NCBI GenBank assembly: GCA_000934665.2
Contig: KZ538190.1
Span: forward strand, 62,001-104,574
Reading direction: 5' to 3'
From: Catajapyx aquilonaris
Lineage: Eukaryota
DNA length: 42,574 nucleotides
Positions 1-12,559 of the stretch are shown here, one piece after another. Positions within the stretch are counted from its first letter, which is position 1. Each line of letters begins with the position of its first letter. The position numbers and the translations under genes were made by a program. The notes beneath the pieces are model-generated. The model was not told the origin of the DNA and made no database searches. It saw nothing but the letters and a program-made list of their open reading frames with translations.

Positions 1-131
1 TCGAAAATAAAGCGACGGGGGTTTTAGTCTGGGCGGAACTTGATTCCCAAAAGTCCGATTTATCAAAAGCATCTCCCAATATGACTCGCTTCAAGCACTC
101 ATAATCATGGCTCATCCCCCAAACCATGATT

Positions 132-156
132 TCATTTCTTTATGTCCCCCTCCAAC
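132..156 (-). CDS. Candidate terminal coding exon (R-LEGDIKK-stop in phase 2)
   Basis: Acceptor CCCCCACGCTCATCACTGACAG|; phase matches the exon 3 donor; TGA at 134-132. Confidence 0.3.
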
Positions 157-375
157 CTGTCAGTGATGAGCGTGGGGGAATTTTAATGAGGAAAATGCTG
201 CCAGGATAGGCAAATATTTGAGTTGTATTCGTATGAAATATTTCCCGATTGTCGCACTCTACCTACCGGATTTTGAGGGCAACGTTATTTTTGTGTGTTG
301 CTGCTGCCGGGGCTTAGTTACCAAGGCAATTGCGGCAAATGGAACCCAAGCCAGCCCTGCAATTAATATCCATAC

Positions 376-450
376 CGCAAAGTAAGTTCTGAGACATCGT
401 TATAATATTCATGCCGCAAAGCAAATTGTGCTGCTGCCGACATCATTAAC
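376..450 (-). CDS. Candidate exon 3 (stop-containing in phase 1; LMMSAAAQFALRHEYYNDVSELTLR in phase 2)
   Basis: Strong acceptor CCCTCACCTTCCCACCGTCCTTGCTCCACAG| and donor GCG|GTATGG; 75 nt; open only in phase 2. Confidence 0.4.
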
Positions 451-544
451 CTGTGGAGCAAGGACGGTGGGAAGGTGAGGGCAACCACAATGTCACATTC
501 TCGAAGCGTACAATACTGTCGCAGAGAGAGTCAGGGTATCCCAC

Positions 545-739
545 CAAGACAGCCCTCCAGGTTTGAGAAATGTTGGCCGTTCGGCCTCAAATCGGGAAAG
601 AAAATCTCGCGGGAGGTAGTTGATAAGAGGTCAGCTCCGTCCGCGGTCAGTGTCTCAGGGGCCGAAGGAAAGCCATAAGTCACATTCGTGACCTCCAACT
701 CCGGCTTGGAAAATGAGGAAGCTCTGACGTGCCCGGCTC
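545..739 (-). CDS. Candidate exon 2 (GAGHVRASSFSKPELEVTNVTYGFPSAPETLTADGADLLSTTSREIFFPDLRPNGQHFSNLEGCL)
   Basis: Acceptor CTCCATTTGTAG| at 740/739 and donor TTG|GTGGGA at 545/544. Only the phase-1 frame is open across the exon, matching exon 1, and it supplies a V-R-A signal peptidase site. Confidence 0.45.
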
Positions 740-3700
740 CTACAAATGGAGACGCAGCAGGCGAGTCTCTGACCGCCATTACTCAACCCCCCAAGCACTG
801 TTCGTGTCCAGCACAATTCTGACCTTTTCTCCGCTCCCCCGACAATGCATTTCTCTTAATGAAAAAAAAAAGTTTTGATATCTCTTCCTCTTTTTTTATA
901 TACTGTATAATGTATAGTGTGTATATAGGGATGGTGGAGTCGACAAGGGCCCGTTAGCATATGCAGGTGAAGTGGGTGGGTGTCTCCGCAAGTCCTCCGA
1001 GTGTCCCCAGGCGGCGCAATGAGAACAAATCGGCGGGCAAGGCGCATAAAATATGGAGGCTGGCAAGCGGTGGAAAATATAGAAAAGCCCCAGGGCGATT
1101 AGAGGCAGGGTCTCGTGCGGCTCTGCGGGGGACGATAATACCGCTTGCTAGGCCTATTAGTTAATGGGTCTGATGCTGCCGGCTGTTACTGTGCCTGCCA
1201 CTGGCACGAGAACAACTACTGTCCTGCTGCCCAAGATTAAGTGGTGCGCTATGCTGGCTTGTTCTTTCCGTGCTGGGGAGAACACCCCCGTCGACTAATG
1301 TTCCGGGAAGCCAGCAGTGGCTTCCAGGAAGGTCAGGGGTGGCCTGCCCAGGTCGACTAATTAGTGTGGAGCTGACCGATCGCACCCCCGCCACGTTTAC
1401 TGAATCTAGCACGCGTCACACGCCCTAGTCAAGTTCGCGTTTGAAAAATGACGCCTCCTACATTAGGGAACATTATCCGGCTCTTACAATATCGAGCGAA
1501 TGAAATGCAATCCCAGAGGCACACTCCAAGGTATAGAGAGAGGACACACACACAAAGAAGGGACTGTACTTATGTATTAATAAGAAGCTAGCCCCCCCCC
1601 CCTCACCCACCCTTTTTCGGAATGCAGAAAGTGTAGGGATAATGTCGTAAAGCACTATGTAGGAGGGGAAAATAAGATAGTGCCGAAGATGTGCTCCGAA
1701 TATTCTGAAAACGACCTTTCAATTATGAAGTAGCTTTTCTTTTTTTTTCCCCTCCCCCTTCTTTCTCGGGGAGTGTGTGCGGGATGGGTGCCAAAGGCAT
1801 TTCCTTGCTCGGCACAAGAAGACAGCAGTCGGAACCAGCGTAGCGTGAAACCCAAAATCGTTATGCAAGGAAATGCGCGGTTCATTTCTGGAGAGAACTC
1901 TGCTTGCAAGAGGTTAGAAGCACATCCGAGCCTAGCCCGGTATAATTATAAGCCTTCCTACAGTAAAGAGAGGACGGGGTATAGGGGGGCACTGTAGGCT
2001 ACTGATGTATGCGGAATATTCAGCCTCTCTGGTGCTGCTGCATGCTGGCATAGGCCATCCAAGTAGCAACGCAGTATGATTCCGGTTCTTGAGATGACAC
2101 GGACCGAAACAGCGTACTTGCTGTATTCAGAGACTTACTTCTAGAAAGCTATGTCAAGGGGTTTCCCTTTCTGGAAATCTCATCAAGGTGAGGATGCCGC
2201 TGCGTAACCCTAGTGGTGAGTCTATATAGTCATCAGTGGAGGTAGGGGCGCCTGTGGAGGCCGAGGTGGGAAGGAGGTGGTGGTAGTGGGAAGGAGGAGG
2301 GGGGAGGGCCTTTCGGTAGAGAGGACCACTAAAGGTCTGGGGGGCAAGATGGAAACACTTTCTAGGCTTCTAGCAGCGGTCAAGGGAGATATCCAACTTT
2401 TGCATCCCCCCCTCCCTCTCTCTCCTGCTCCCACCTCCTACCTCCCCTCAGGAGGAAGGAGGTAATATTCCTCTATACCACTACTAGACTATTACATGAA
2501 CAGCGCATAATCCGGCCGGATATTACTTCGCAAGTACGGAGAAGGGTTAAATTCCTCCCAAATGAGCGCATAGGAATTCCCGCCGTTTTCATTCGAATAA
2601 GCTTCCCTTTCCCCTACCCCCCACCCCATCCACCCACCCATTTTTTCTGGCCTGCATGTGGAGTAGGTATCGCATTCAAATCCGGGTTAATGGTCGTCCA
2701 TTTCGAAACGAAACTTTCAGTTTTGCTATCTTATTATAAGGGAAGAAAAGAAGTTGCGCCTTGGCTCGAAGGAAGTAATGAACATTTCAGCTAAATTTCT
2801 TGGCTTGCAGTGAGAGAGAGAGAGAGACTGTCTCCTTCCCGAGGCAACTCAAGGGATAAGAAATTAAATTTTCTGAAAGAAAAAAGGTGGTGATTTTTCA
2901 GCGAGTGGCAACCTAGGCACTCCAGGAAGGATACAAATTATGCATACATCCAGAATATAAACAGTCGAGGCTTTTCTGCGCCTAATTTGATTTAATGCAC
3001 ATCAGATACACGGTATATTGCTAGAAGTCTAGTCATTCGATATGTATGCTACGATTTATGCTCGTATTTTTTGCTTCTGGGAAAAAAAGGTACAATGTAT
3101 TTATACAGCCGTTGTGGTGCACCATATTTTCTTTTGAGTATATATTCAGCTTCGGGTTGATGTTATTAACAAGCAAAATAAAAATAACTGCGGGCCTTTG
3201 TCGACACGAGTGGTTTGCAAATTTTTTCCGAGACACAGAACCCTAATAATTGGATTTTTCCAACCGTGGGAGCCTCCACAGTATTTTCGTGCCTGAAATC
3301 TGGGATAGGGGACCTTTCAGTTTCATAACCGAATTTTGTTTACTCGAATTATGGGTGCATAGAGAATCACTAATGCACCACTGTTGCGTACCCTATTGTA
3401 CAGACTACATTTTGCTTATCGCAATGAGTATTTGGGTAACACATCTCACGACTACGTTGTTATTTCAACGCCGTAATGAATACTGCACATTCATTTTTTT
3501 TTGTTTCGAGGGTAATCAATTTGCATGTACAAAACGAGTAAATAAAACACAAGCCTCACCTTGAAATGTGGGTCAGTTATGTGCATCTTGCATATGGTAT
3601 AAGTTGGTCGAAGCTACATTATGCAGACTGTACTACATTAAATAACTATGTTGCAGCTAGAGGCAGAAACTATATAGCAGGCTCATGCAAATCATGTGCT

Positions 3701-6700
3701 CCGCAGGATAGCTACCTTCCAGGATAAAAGCGAAACAATGACAAGGGCTATTTCTCCCGATTTTCCCAATGCTTTGAAACAGGTAACGGTAATGGGCCCA
3801 AAAATTACAGTTATTTCATAGCACGGGAATTTAGCTCTATGTCACCCGGCACTGAAAACTAAGTACCCTTTGGAATTAATTAAATGGAAATTCTATTTGT
3901 CACAGGACGAAACGACTGCGGCATTACTGCGTATATATAGGAACATGTTACGCCCCGCAGTTCATGCAGGTCTGTCATTTTTGCTTTTTGCATTTTTCCC
4001 AGGCGGTTTTTACCAATAGCTTTTCAAATAACATAATTTATGTCATTAGCAGACTCCTCCATATAAGAACTGCCATCACTGGGCACTGCAGCCCGCAGAT
4101 TATAATAGAGTGCATATCTGCCTTTGTGCTTTTCAACTTTTACTGTCCATAATCCCCGGCTCTAATAATGGCAGCCCCACATATTTCCAACACTATACCG
4201 CAAAACCTTCATGCTATCTGCAAAGGACATGCGACTCTTGTTCACCTTGTCTAACACCAGGTGCAACGCGGAATTGCACACATGAACATTATACCAAGCA
4301 AATTACTCCTAGTCATACAGCATATACTGCGAACTACAGTGCATGGCTATTGCGTAGCCGGCCCCATTTTCCAAATAACCGCAAACAATATATACTACAA
4401 GTACTGTGAAAGCTGGACTCGTTTTGCAATTTGCTGCCCCTGACCAACTAAACTTCTAATTGCATTTCCCACCCATATAACAGTCGGTAAAATCCTTATG
4501 CATTGCTTCGCGCTCCACCAAGAACCGATAGGAATGTTAATGTACTTGCAGATCACGCAAGTACGCAAGCAATGAAGCCAAGTTCAAGGGCTCCGCAAAA
4601 CTACGACATTCAAACTCCATGCAAAAAAAAAACCCTCAGGTATGTAACAAAGCGTTACCCAACATACCTGACCTCCGATAGCTACACAAAACCATAAATA
4701 CACCATATAATAGTACTTACTCAAAGAGTCCACCTTTTTTTATCCCATATTGGTGACGTACGGAGCAGGTACGTGATTCTCCTATCCCGACTATAAAATC
4801 CATCTTATCTGGTTGAAGAACACTACATAAGCACTTTTATTGGCCCTCCAGTATTGGGCGATATTAAAATAAAGATGACCCCCCTGCAGAATCGATAGCA
4901 GGAGAAAACAACAAGTTGGTTGGACAGAAGCAGAGTAAAAAATGAGAAAGAGCGGCATGGCGGTGTAGCAGTGCAGCCAGAGTTCAAACAGCATTATCGG
5001 AAACTGATAATGGTCAACGCCAATGCGCGCACTAAGTACCTTTAGCGTGAATTATGGGCTTGAGGATGATAAATAGTGACGTCAGATGCAGCGGGATGTG
5101 AGCAAGCGTGACAGGGAGACCATGGGGACTATTTGTTAAGCACGCCCATGATTAAGACAATTAAAGCGGCTAAATGAAAAGTTCTCGTAGGTCCGTCTTG
5201 GCAGAACTAACTCGCTTAGGCCGCGTTTCATGCATATGAGAGGCACGCCAGTTGTCAGATGAGTCCCGCAGCTGACGTCACCTGACAAGATGTCCATTTT
5301 GGGCCCTGTTGGCAGAGGTGGCAAATGTGGGCTATTAGAGCCGAGTATGAAAATGCATCTAGCCTGGGCCAGGGGACGCAAATGTCGCCCAGGACCCTCG
5401 TCCCAGGTAGCTCGGGGTCATTTCGCACGTTTCACTCCAGCTCTTCGGGGACCTGTGCTAAAGATGAACGCACCTACCTCCCATGCACACTATCGTGCCG
5501 CCTGCCTAGATATATGTGCATACTCGCCTGGTGTTTTTTTTTTCTTCCTTGTTTTTTGTCACCTTGCTTCTGCCATGAAATTCAACCAAGCTGTGTTTCT
5601 TCACTTGCCTCCAGCCAGGGTACAGTTTTACCTGAATAATTAAAGTGCGACCGAATGCTTCCCGGTCCGTTTTGATATGCAAACTATCGGCTTTGGGAGT
5701 TTCGCAAAACGGCCTTTGTGTGGGGCAGGTTTATTGTAATTCGCTGCAGGCAAACCCAATATGTGTTCCGGTTAGGACATGGTTTTTTTTTGTTTTTTGT
5801 TTTTTGTTGTTTTTTTTTGCTCGTGCAGGATTGGTTTTTTTATTGTTGTTGCAGAGCTTGTGTTTTGTATATTTTCCAGAGACCAGATTCCGTAATGAAA
5901 ATTTCTTGACATTTCCATGTAAGGCCGAGGGGGTATTATGTGCCCGTTATCAGGCTAAATTCATCTGTCGCTGGGGTGATACCATAGTATAACCAGTATT
6001 AGCATTTACCCTATTCGCTTTGAGCGAGGTACTTATTTTCCACCAATTACAGATTTTTGACAAAACCTTTCACGACAGCCCCAAATCGGCTTATATTGGA
6101 TTACTTCTAATAATGAAAAGTTAATACCTCGTTTGAAAGAGCAGCTTTCGTCTTGCAAGTAGGCCTGGATGACAGATCTCCTAAAAGGTTTCGTGTACAG
6201 TACAATATCGTTTTGATAAAATGCAGTCCAACCTTCCAGCCAAATCTGACTCTTGATAAAATGCACTGGTCATTCCACGTGCAACTCCCAATTCCCGATA
6301 TCGGCCATTCATATTATAGGGCTCGGGGCTGTGACGTGCCACTCAATGGCATCGGTCACTTCAGCAGAAGTCATCGCATTGGACATGCCTTTTGATAAAA
6401 TTATTCAACCAATCTGTGGATCTCCCTGGGCGGGGAAATAAAAGAGTGTGAACTATAGTCACGCATGGGAGGAAGAGGAGGAGGGATGTGGGAAGCTGAA
6501 GCAAGTCAGGTAGATAGGTTTGTGGAAAGGGGGTGGGTGGGTTACAGTGTATGGTAGATATGGTCTATGTCTACCGTCAGAGCTAGGACAGGGATAGGAT
6601 AAAAGAAAAACGTCCCCAGGGCAGGATTGTCGATTGACGGCGGACGCGAGAGGGAAATGGGCTGTGAAATTGGCGGGCGCGGGTGCAGATGGCAGCGCCG

Positions 6701-9700
6701 CCATGGGCCAATCGGGTGGAAGGAAGCCATAACTGTGTGCGCCGCCATATATTAACGCCATTTCACTCTCCTCCACCCCCTTGCTCTCCCCGCTTCTCCT
6801 ACGCCACTATACCTCCCCCATTTCACCCTGATAGATGGGGTTGGGATTGGCTGCCCCAAGTTACAAGGCTTCTCTTACTTGTCATCGGCTTTCTTACAAG
6901 GCTTCCACCTTCTTCGCAGCTTTTGCCACGGCTTCATTTTCCAACACTAATCAACTCGCTACTCCAAACCTTATTGTCAGGGAAACAAGAAGCGCGACAT
7001 CAATCCTTTTCAAATCACGGCGAACTATGGTGCTCCTAGGTCAAAGATAATTTCACGCCCAATAAGCACAGCTTCATTTCTGCACACCTCTTCCGCCGAG
7101 GTAAAGGTTACTTTGTAATAAGTCTTGTCAGCTATTTTGTACCTCTACAAATCGCTTCTTTAATGAGCTATTGTCACTCGTCCTAATGTTGAAATTGCAC
7201 TTTCGCCAATGGACAATAGCATATAATATGTTTGGTATATTATTAGTGTTTTTTGCCTCTGGCATTTACAGGCAAAAACATAGTCACACTAGATGGGGTT
7301 GTACGCGAGTTGTGAGTTTTGACGTTAGATGGCGTGGAATCGAGAGGTGGACCTGGCGGGAGGAATATAAACAGGTTATGTGCAACCCCGGTTTACTTGG
7401 ACCAGGACAACGGCCCGGAATGACTGCGGAGTCAAAGTTGCTGACCTAAGCAAGTCAGCTCTCAGAATATGATCTGAAATACAAAGCCACATTTTGGTCC
7501 CAATATCTGCTTAAATTACTGCCTCCTTGAGAAATTTTTGAGAAAAAAATTATCCTACAAGTATAACATGAAGTCATTCTCCAAAATGAGACTCAGTTCA
7601 CTCTGCAAATCAAATCTTAATACCCCTTCTGTCACATAGGGAAAACTGTGGGGTATTACAGAGGTCGACAAGCCCAGCACAACACACACACAATTTAATT
7701 TACGGCATCTTAAATTAATTTCATATACTGGGATTAAACGGATCAAAAGGGGGCTCTAAATCGCTTCGGCCGAATTTAATAACATTACACCAAATTTGGG
7801 ATTTTGTGCGTAGAATGCACACAGGTATTTGTATGCTGAGCTAATACAATTGCATGAGTCCAGCCAATAGTCCAATTACCATTCCCCATGAGCGGGGTGT
7901 GCTACACGTCATACAGTGATGTTGTTCAGGTTTGAGTTTCATCATGCGCCGCCCCCTCGACCCCCTTTTTTTTTGTCGGCTGAGGGAGACAAAATGCTAC
8001 CGGGATTTTCGCGTGATTAGTGCAGCATTTACGCGGCCGAGATGTGAGCGATGGTCGGCCCATCAATCTGGAGAAGCCCCAATAAGCAGCTTTTAGCACA
8101 ACATGAAAGCTGCATGACAATGCCCTCTCCCAAGATGGGACGATGGGGGAAGGGACGTTGACAGGGCATAAATCATGGTCGCCCTTCGTCCGCCCCCGCA
8201 TAAGTGCACCTCACCCATCTCCTTCAATTCAGCATGAGTACAGAAAAGAAGAAGAAGAAGAATAATAATAAGTCCCGCCCTTCATGGATAAGAGATCAGG
8301 TTGGTCCGGTTCTATGGCGCCTCAAAGACTGTCTTCGCCATTGTTTCTCTTGTCTCCCTTTTTGGCCAGCGACACCATTTTTCAGACTTTCACTTGCTGT
8401 ACATGGTATTGCTAGGTGCTGTGCATTATGCAGTCCTGCATGGGATATTTTAGCTTCTGAAATGTTGGTGAGATTTGAAAAGCCTCATATAGCTGCTAAA
8501 TCCAGACTTGACGTCACATTTGGTCAAAATGAGACAATTGCAATCTGATCGTTCTGCATTTCAGGTCTTCATATAGTAGTGCTTCTCCTGCACTGCGTAC
8601 ATGTTTGTCATTCCCACGGTAGCTTTCAGAAAAATTCAATTTGCGGCAAACATATTCGCTACATATTAATAAAAAAAAACAGCGGCATGCTCTCCCTCTG
8701 GTCCAGAAGTACTCCAGTCTCTGTGGGCCTTTGATTTCAATGCAGCCTATATAGTGGTGATGAGAAATGTAGGCAGTCAGGCAGCGTAACGCATATATAA
8801 ATATCGCCCACCGAAATGTAAGTTATGAATTACCAATGCTTCCATTGTGTTTTTTTTTTCCTCCTCTCCCCCGAACTTTTTAATTAGGTAAGTGCTGGCC
8901 GCACGGAAATGTTGGCCCCAAACATACAATACTCGGCGATAGAAAGGAATAAATTTCCCAGTAGGATGGCACCATCTTTTATCAATATTTCCTTAGGACA
9001 ACTGGCATGTCGCTCTTTCTATAGCCGCAGGATTTCGTGTTGATATGTGATGGCGCATAAATTTGAAGGAGGTAAGGGAGAGAGAAAAAATACATCTACT
9101 AATGCAAACCTTCTGTGCTTGACGTCCATTAATTCTGAAAGGCTTGTTGTTTTGTTTTCATGTTTCGAATGCAAACAATCAGTTGTGAAGCACGGCAGAA
9201 TAATTATAGCGCTCTTACAGGGCATGGGGAGTATAGTACATACGTGGACGCCAATGGTGCAAAATAATTCATCGGCGAGGCTGCTCGCTCGGGAATGAAA
9301 TATTAATCACTTCACCCGTTCAGTGACCGCCTCTCTGCGATCGAGAGGATTACTTCTGCATCATGCATAGAATTGAGTAATAAGAGTAACCACAACTGAT
9401 TGTTTAACAAGTACTTAGCAGCACAGCATTGCAGTCGAAGCAGCCATCAAATATGCACGCCTCCAAACATATGAAGGCCTCGGTGCTGTATTGAATTTTC
9501 CCCACACTCATTTTTTGGCCCCCCCTCCCCCTCCCTCAAATGAAGCTTGGCCCCCGTGCTGCCATCTGATTATATTCTGAGTGACAGACAGCTACCCCGA
9601 ATAACTTGGCGCCGATGCTGGTGCTGCACCGACTCCACTGTATATGCACGTATATAATAGGGGCCAATGATGGAATTCGCAGTGGTTTTGTTCGGCGAGT

Positions 9701-11606
9701 GAGTGAGGCAGGGGGGGTGGGAGGAGGGCATTGGGGCCAGTGGCTATACAAAATCCTTGCCATTAATCGTGGGTCGGGGGGGCCTCCAACCTGACAGATT
9801 ACATCCGGAACACACAAGACAAGTTAATTAGGGATCCGGATTAAGCGGCCGACGAGCTGGCGGAATGGGGAACCGACACTTCGGACACAGTTCATGGATT
9901 TCCGCGCCTCTCAATAGCTCATGATACATCGCATCAACCTCCAGCATGTAAATAGTGTATGGGGGACCCTACCGGCCAACGGACAACACGCTGCTGCTGC
10001 CGAAGTGCGCCCAGGTCATGTGTCACGCTAATCCCCAACCGGTCTCCCTACCTATAAACGCCTCACGTCCCGCCAAACGGGGTCCCCTTTTTGTGTTTCG
10101 CCGCCTTTAACATTATTGCCACCAGTTCTCACGTCCCGGTAGCCATTCCTTCCTGCACGAATTGTCAGCAGTGTTAGTTGGCTTCATCACTACGGGGGCC
10201 CACTACTGCTGGGGAGCTTCCAACCCTACTCTAAAAAAAATATATAGAGCCAACACTTTCTTCACCACTAAAGTTCATTACTGCTCCACTACAAGCACTT
10301 TGTGCGCCGTTCCCATACATGTTGCTGTCACGACAGGCTTGCCGTGTATTTTTTTTTCTCTCTCTCTCTCTTTTTAAAACTGCTTGTGACTAAGAGCAAA
10401 TCAGTACGGCGCGGTTTTGTTCAGGAGCTCTGCACCCGGGCCTACAATGTGTCCAATATCAGCCGTTGACGTTTCTAATCCTCTTACATGTCGGGGTGGA
10501 AAATCGTGAATTCAAAAGCGCCGCCAAGAATAGACCGCAATACTTCCCCTTCCATATACGTGCGTTGGCTCTAGTAATGGTTGGATATCGATTTGCTTGT
10601 TGCTACCTATTCAACAAGCAAATGTAGGCCTGAATAACTAATAAATTTTATATATTTGCATATTATAGTCGAACAATTCGGGGGGGTCCGCCTGGCCCTA
10701 ATGGCAATGTGGGGAGGTCAACGTATCCCAGCTGGCAGTGTTGCAAAAGTGCCAGGCCCAGAGAAGGTGGATGGTAGCCCCAAGGAAGTGGCCATGGTGC
10801 TAAGGAGAGTCGTTTCCAGTCCAGAGCCGGCCCAGTCCCTTCAAGGCCTTTCCATATTATAGCACAACTTATATACGTCTTCTCCACCCCCCTAGAGCCC
10901 TCTTCCCTATACCTGGGCCAAAGTCCCCGCGAACAAACAAGTTGGGTATGCCCTAGAATTCCTGGTGCGGGCTGCCCACTGCAATCGAATCCTCGTCAAG
11001 GGGACTCGTATACGCTCACTTATTCATAGACCAATTTGGCCTGCAAGGTAGCTTGGGCAGGATTGTCAATCTCTCCTCTTTCATAGTCTGCTTTGGGTCC
11101 GACCCAATCTATCCCCTCCTCCCTCCATACCTACCTATCAGAAGCCCCCGTCACTCGTTCTGTCACTCAAACCTTCATTCTTGATCAAAAGGAATCTTCA
11201 CTTTCAGAGGTATAAACCCGTATCATATAGCTAGCTACAAGTCAACAGCGCTCTTTTTCGTCCCACGGGATCCACTCGCTGGTCCAATATCAGCACTGCA
11301 AAACACCGCGCTTTTCAAAAGAAAAAAAATTAACTAATTTGCATGCACTTGTAATGGACGTAAAAGGTCGACTAATCGAGACTGTCAGTAAAAATGCATT
11401 GCGGGCCCACATCCCGGAATAATATACCTACGGTCGTAACCATACTAGACAGTGGAGCTGCATACATCTGCGTTGACAGCATTGACAAACGTCGAGGCCG
11501 TGACCACCTGTGATTACGACATGTCAGTTCAGTTACGGACCGCCGGCATCACTCTCGGGACGGACCCATCGACTTAACACTATACACAACACCCATGCTG
11601 GCTGAC

Positions 11607-11664
11607 CTGTGATCAAGACGAAGAGGGCAGCGGCAGCCAGATGCAGAGGGTATCGAAACTTCAT
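11607..11664 (-). CDS. First coding exon of a putative secreted protein (signal peptide MKFRYPLHLAAAALFVLIT + phase-1 G)
   Basis: ATG in AAGATGAAG context at 11664; basic N-terminus followed by a hydrophobic h-region; immediately followed by the donor ACAG|GTCAGC; preceded by a ~190-nt 5' UTR starting at an Inr motif. Confidence 0.65.
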
Positions 11665-11851
11665 CTTCAACAGTCTTGGCGCGGTACAGATGAACAAAAT
11701 CACCAAGACAAGCACATGTCCACAAGAGTCACTACACAGTCCTACCACTAGGGTTAGGCTTAGAGCACTTGGCCGGATGAGGAGCAGCAGACAAGGATGA
11801 CACTCCGGTGGAAAAAGAGCCTGCTTCTCACCGCACCGAACGCTCCTAACC

Positions 11852-11857
11852 AACTGA
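11852..11857 (-). promoter_or_regulatory. Arthropod-type initiator (TCAGTT); predicted TSS ~11855
   Basis: Minus strand reads GAATCAGTTGG ~190 nt upstream of the signal-peptide ATG, next to a GC-rich upstream tract. No clear TATA box, and the DPE match is imperfect (AGAAG at +28). Confidence 0.5.
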
Positions 11858-11879
11858 TTCGGCCGCCTGGAGAAAGGCA

Positions 11880-11953
11880 GCGGGACGGAGGGACGGGGGG
11901 GCCGTGTGTATGGGAGGGGAGCACTGGGAGGGATGGAGGGAAAAAGGGGGGGG
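11880..11953 (+). promoter_or_regulatory. G-run-rich proximal upstream tract (potential G-quadruplex)
   Basis: Many GGG to G9 runs with short spacers directly upstream of the predicted minus-strand TSS. Confidence 0.35.
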
Positions 11954-12450
11954 CTTCCCACAGGCCCCCCACGCCACTTGGACAGGGTTGCCGTTGCTGG
12001 TCCTCCCACCCTCCCCCTTGATGGAAAGACAGGTGGGCAGCCCAGGTAAGTGGACGCCACGTTGCTCACCTTTTTGCCTTTTACGTACCACCAGGCAGAT
12101 GTCCAGCACCATGGTTGCAAAGGGTGGGGGTTCTCGAGTACCAGACGCACTTGGGATGGTAAGATATGTACAAAAAATGAAGCAAGTTGGGGGGGAAGTT
12201 ACTTTTTGGGCAATTCAATTTGCATTCGGAGGTCCCGTTGGAGTTAAAAAGTTCGAGGCGTATTGTGGCACGTGCAAATGAAGGTGCTTGGGAGTATAAA
12301 GGCGCAAGTCCACGTGTGGTCGTGTTTACGGATTGACGGATGTGTGTTGCGCCAAAAGTGCAATAAAGACTTGCACCATGCGTATGATTCAATGGATGTT
12401 ATTCGTTGTTTATTAATTGTGGTCAATAATGAATAACGTCCGTTAACTTA

Positions 12451-12559
12451 GGGCCGGTTGCGTGATCGATGCTAAATCCAGAATGAGTGGTTGACTCATG
12501 TCATTCACATAGATTTAATCACTTATTCCGAATTTATTTCTCGATCATGCAACCGACCT
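12451..12559. mobile_element. Palindromic MITE, PIF/Harbinger (Tourist)-like
   Basis: Left end GGGCCGGTTGCGTGATCGA vs reverse complement of right end AGGTCGGTTGCATGATCGA; imperfect symmetry continues inward (TAAATCCAGAATGAGTGGTT vs TAAATTCGGAATAAGTGATT); TTA on the left flank. Confidence 0.65.

Noticed and set aside
4721..4883. Minus-strand exon candidate with good acceptor and GTAAGT donor inside the intron
   Set aside because: The long form has stops in all three frames and the 88-nt short form does not preserve the frame with the 739 exon; it could still be a non-coding or minor exon.
11533..12150. Longest ORF (205 aa, minus strand) as a single-exon gene
   Set aside because: Low-complexity translation of the GC-rich promoter and 5' UTR; only the 58-nt signal-peptide segment looks coding.
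12295..12330. Plus-strand TATAAA as a divergent promoter
   Set aside because: No initiator at the expected spacing and no downstream exon evidence.
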